DNA of 63,550 nucleotides, the filler included, from Neolecta irregularis DAH-3 (taxonomy: Eukaryota), in NCBI GenBank assembly GCA_001929475.1. It is 11 parts of 11 records of this genome, joined end to end, with 100 filler letters (N's around TTAATTAATTAA, not from the genome) between each part and the next. Parts side by side here need not be neighbours in the genome. Positions count along the whole stretch, not along the records: positions 60,401 to 63,550 come from LXFE01000549.1; 10 more parts are not named here. One strand, written 5' to 3'. Both the position numbers and the translations under genes were made by a program. The notes under the pieces were generated by a model, which had not been told where the DNA came from, made no database searches, and worked only from the letters and a program-made list of their open reading frames with translations. The stretch's first letter is position 1; every line of letters starts with the position of its first letter. Positions 60,401 through 63,550 of this stretch are shown piece after piece.

Positions 60401-63349
60401 AGGGCAGCTGGTATTGATGGAATACCTTATGAGATATACAAAAACTCAGACCTCAAAGATCTGATAAGAAGACCACTCAGATTAGCACTAAACCAAATGC
60501 TAATGGAAGGGCAAGTGCCAGAGACATTTAGTAAAGGAATAATAACCTTACTACACAAAAAGGGAGACAAAGCATTAATTAAGAATTACAGACCAATAAC
60601 CCTATTAAACACAGACTATAAGATCCTTACAGGAATCATAGCAAATAGAATGGCCAAAATAGTTACAGAAGAAGATATTCTTGGCAACCACCAAGCAGCA
60701 TTCCTACCAGGTAGAACTATATCTGATAATATAAAAATGGTACAAGCAGAAATTGACTTCTGTGAACTTGATAAACACCCAGGAATAGCGGTATTCCTTG
60801 ACCAAGAGAAAGCATATGATAGAATTGACCATGACTTCCTATGGAAAGTAATGAGAAGAATGGGACTCCCAGAACAAATCATAAAACTAATTGAAAATAT
60901 TTATGAAAAAGCAGAATCAACAATTAACCTAAATGGACACATGTCCAACTGGTTCAAGTTAAAAAGTGGAGTTCGACAAGGAGACCCACTGTCATGCATC
61001 CTCTTTAACCTAGTTATTGAAACATTAGCACTGGCAATAAAAGAAAATGAATGTGTAAAACCAATACACAACATACAAGGAAACGAAGACTTAAAAGTTC
61101 TAATGTTTGCAGATGATACTGCAGTATTCATAAAGGACATACCATCATGGGTAAAATGCAAAGAATTAATTGACTGGTACTGCCAAGCATCAAATGCAAA
61201 AATCAATTATGACAAAAGTGAAGCCATACCACTGGGAGGTATTGCAACAGGTCTGGAAGAACTACCAGGAGGGATTAAGCTCAAACAGCCAGGATCCTCA
61301 ATAAAATATCTAGGAATATGGTGTGGAAGTAAAGTAAACCACAAGGAACACCATGAAAAGATACTTGAAAATATGCAAAAAGAGGCCATGAAATGGTCAA
61401 TGATACATATATCACTAAAGGCAAGAGTAATGATAACAAAAAGTATCATACTATCAAGACTATGGTATGCGGCAAGGCACACTCCAATGAAACTGAACAT
61501 AATTGAAAAAGCGGAGAAAATTGTGTGGGACTACCTTTGGCAAAAGGAACCATATGGGAACAAAAAGAAAGCAATTATAAATAAAGAAATAGCAATGCTG
61601 CCCCAGAATCAAGGAGGGCTAGGAGTGATGAACATAAAAGCACAGATCACTGCACATAGAATATTCTGGATCCAAAGAGCATCCAAAGAAGTAAAACCAT
61701 ACTGGTATCATCTAGTAGGACAAATGCTAAAAAGTAGGACACTACTAAAACCACAACTATGGAAATCAGTAACACACTGGCCACAACAAATATCCTGGCA
61801 CTCAAGAAGTAAGGCAGATACAGACTGTAACTCGTCAGTAAAATACTGGTGGGATGAATGCTGGTTAAAACAAAACCACCATTGGAAAGCTCCAAAAACT
61901 AAAGAAGACTTGTTGAAGACAATATTCATGTTTGACCCAGAAATGCAAAGTAAAAAAAAGAACATAGTATGGTCAAAACCATGCTGGATAAATGCAGTAA
62001 GATTACAGGAGAATAACACTCCATTTACAATCCAGAAAATAAGTAACGGAAAAAGAATGGTACTAGATGAAAGCTTTCAAAGCCTCAACAGAATAAAAAG
62101 AAGAGCTATGGAAAAAGCAGCAGAAAATGTAATAACAAAACACATTCCCGATAATTGGGTAAACATCATAAAAAGGGATGACAATGAAGAGAGAATATTC
62201 AATATAAATAATATTGAAATAGCAAAAGACCCAAGAGAGATATTTGATAGAATACAAATATCAAACAGAAACAATAGTGAAAAGGTTTTACACCTATATA
62301 CAATAAAACCCAATATCAATAACAACAACATAGAGATTGATATGGAAGTAAACCTAGGAATTGTAACAAAAACCACACACCAAGAAATAACAAAATTCTA
62401 TACAGAAGAACAATCAGAGACATACTTTATGAAGAATCCAACACACCATCCAAACAAGAATATTGAAAATATCCTTGAGAGAATAAATGAACAAAGGCAA
62501 CTCAGGGAAGAAGACCAAGTAAAAAGTCACCACTACTGGAATGCCCTCAAGAATGATGGTATCATACCTGGTGCCCAAGACCTAATGTGGAAAATAGCAC
62601 TCAAAAGAATAACCCTGGGAGAGCAGTTTAACAGGTTAAACCTGCCAGAACTAGTCAACTGTCCAACATGTGGTACAGAACAAACCAGAGCACATCTCTG
62701 GGTATACTGCCCAATAGCACAAAGCCTATGGCAAATGGTATACACCCTATGGGGTGATAGAAGTGGAGAAATTGAGGTAAACTCAAAGATAGAAACATGG
62801 GCAGACCTTGAAGAAACAATAGTAAACCCATACCACAGATCAGAAATCTGGAAAGAACCAAATGAGGTAAAGGCAAACAAACTAGCAATGTGGAACATGT
62901 TAGTAACAGAAGTAGTCTGGACAATATGGAAGGCCAGACAAGAATGGGCATATAACAAAGAACCATATGACTTAAAAACAATAAAAATATGGTATCTAAA
63001 CAGATTAAGATTCAGATACCAACTAGATGAGCAACAAGCAATCTGGTCAAGAAACACAAAATTCACAGAAACAGACCTTACCTCAAGATGGGGGGACATA
63101 AAAAGAAAAATTGGAGCAGGAAGAAAGGCCAAATCCTTCCCAGAACTAAATGAAGACAACGAAAATGATACAGAAAGTAATACAGAAGATAGCTATCTAG
63201 GAGAAAATACTAGCCTATATGAAGGTAATAACAATGACCAAAGAGAAAGTCCTAGTTCTTCTAGGCCCACCCAGATAATGGGGGATAAAGAGAGCCTATG
63301 GTGGCCGTCTCTGGGTAATGAACAATTAATAATGGAGGTCCAAATGTGA
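60401..63349 (+). CDS. LINE ORF2 protein: reverse transcriptase + C-terminal CCHC zinc finger (partial; open from contig edge)
   Basis: RAAGIDGIPYE, KKGD...KNYRPITLLNTDYKIL, HQAAFLPGR, LDQEKAYDRIDH, GVRQGDPLSC.LF, MFADD, KYLG, GGLG and CPTCGTEQTRAHLWVYCP..W.IWKAR. Confidence 0.95.
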   Translation, partial: RAAGIDGIPYEIYKNSDLKDLIRRPLRLALNQMLMEGQVPETFSKGIITLLHKKGDKALIKNYRPITLLNTDYKILTGIIANRMAKIVTEEDILGNHQAAFLPGRTISDNIKMVQAEIDFCELDKHPGIAVFLDQEKAYDRIDHDFLWKVMRRMGLPEQIIKLIENIYEKAESTINLNGHMSNWFKLKSGVRQGDPLSCILFNLVIETLALAIKENECVKPIHNIQGNEDLKVLMFADDTAVFIKDIPSWVKCKELIDWYCQASNAKINYDKSEAIPLGGIATGLEELPGGIKLKQPGSSIKYLGIWCGSKVNHKEHHEKILENMQKEAMKWSMIHISLKARVMITKSIILSRLWYAARHTPMKLNIIEKAEKIVWDYLWQKEPYGNKKKAIINKEIAMLPQNQGGLGVMNIKAQITAHRIFWIQRASKEVKPYWYHLVGQMLKSRTLLKPQLWKSVTHWPQQISWHSRSKADTDCNSSVKYWWDECWLKQNHHWKAPKTKEDLLKTIFMFDPEMQSKKKNIVWSKPCWINAVRLQENNTPFTIQKISNGKRMVLDESFQSLNRIKRRAMEKAAENVITKHIPDNWVNIIKRDDNEERIFNINNIEIAKDPREIFDRIQISNRNNSEKVLHLYTIKPNINNNNIEIDMEVNLGIVTKTTHQEITKFYTEEQSETYFMKNPTHHPNKNIENILERINEQRQLREEDQVKSHHYWNALKNDGIIPGAQDLMWKIALKRITLGEQFNRLNLPELVNCPTCGTEQTRAHLWVYCPIAQSLWQMVYTLWGDRSGEIEVNSKIETWADLEETIVNPYHRSEIWKEPNEVKANKLAMWNMLVTEVVWTIWKARQEWAYNKEPYDLKTIKIWYLNRLRFRYQLDEQQAIWSRNTKFTETDLTSRWGDIKRKIGAGRKAKSFPELNEDNENDTESNTEDSYLGENTSLYEGNNNDQRESPSSSRPTQIMGDKESLWWPSLGNEQLIMEVQM

Positions 63350-63484
63350 AAAAATGGAGGACCAAGAAGGGCCCACCGTGTATGCTGCTTATAATTGGCT
63401 CTATGAAAATAGAGAAAGCTGTGTCTTCTTAATTGTCTGATTTAGGCAGGTACCGCTGGGACCTCTAAAATTAATATGTTTGCC
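60401..63484 (+). mobile_element. Non-LTR retrotransposon, L1/Tx1-like (5' part missing at contig edge)
   Basis: A-rich sense strand with an uninterrupted RT ORF, followed by a 135-nt 3' UTR that abuts 18S rRNA sequence. Confidence 0.9.
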
Positions 63485-63550
63485 AAGACGATCAGATACC
63501 GTCGTAGTCTTAACCATAAACGATGCCGACTAGGGATCGGGCGTGCTCTT
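63485..63550 (+). rRNA. 18S (SSU) rRNA internal fragment, beginning mid-gene
   Basis: AAGACGATCAGATACCGTCGTAGTCTTAACCATAAACGATGCCGACTAGGGATCGGGCG is the conserved eukaryotic SSU helix-24 (790-loop) region. It runs to the window end. Confidence 0.93.

Noticed and set aside
60616-63159. Several minus-strand ORFs within the retrotransposon
   Set aside because: Antisense shadows of an A-rich coding strand with no recognisable motifs.
63350-63484. Possible group I intron end (S788 site) or hammerhead ribozyme before the 18S fragment
   Set aside because: The junction is about 9 nt upstream of the GAU/CAGAUACC site and lacks a terminal G. I could not find group I core or CUGAnGA...GAAA hammerhead elements.

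Overview
Eukaryotic (fungal) draft-genome sequence: about 11 contigs or scaffolds joined by an artificial N-TTAATTAATTAA-N linker, so adjacency across linkers is meaningless. It has compact genes with many 35-55 nt introns. The gene style suggests an early-diverging ascomycete (Taphrinomycotina-like), but this is inference only. Housekeeping genes: AIP1, CYK3, TIM50, KAP120, PEX2, malic enzyme, fumarylacetoacetase, an Srk1/Rck2-like kinase, VPS45, RSM10, LYS9, HAP5, a GDSAG esterase, TTI1 and the eIF5 C-terminus. Accessory content: a stand-alone Ty3/Gypsy Gag ORF, a DUF262 (GmrSD-N-like) gene, a full-size ABCA transporter on a contig with identical 24-bp ends and a truncated TRM7, LTR-like and TIR-element relics, a multicopy orphan protein domain, a pseudogenised hexose-6-phosphate 1-epimerase, and a mitochondrial-code LAGLIDADG fragment. 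The most striking observation is an uninterrupted L1/Tx1-type non-LTR retrotransposon ORF whose short 3' UTR runs, without a poly(A) tail, directly into the conserved core of an 18S rRNA gene. It is a candidate 18S-rDNA-specific retrotransposon in a fungus. Gene spans include introns, and exon boundaries were read by eye.
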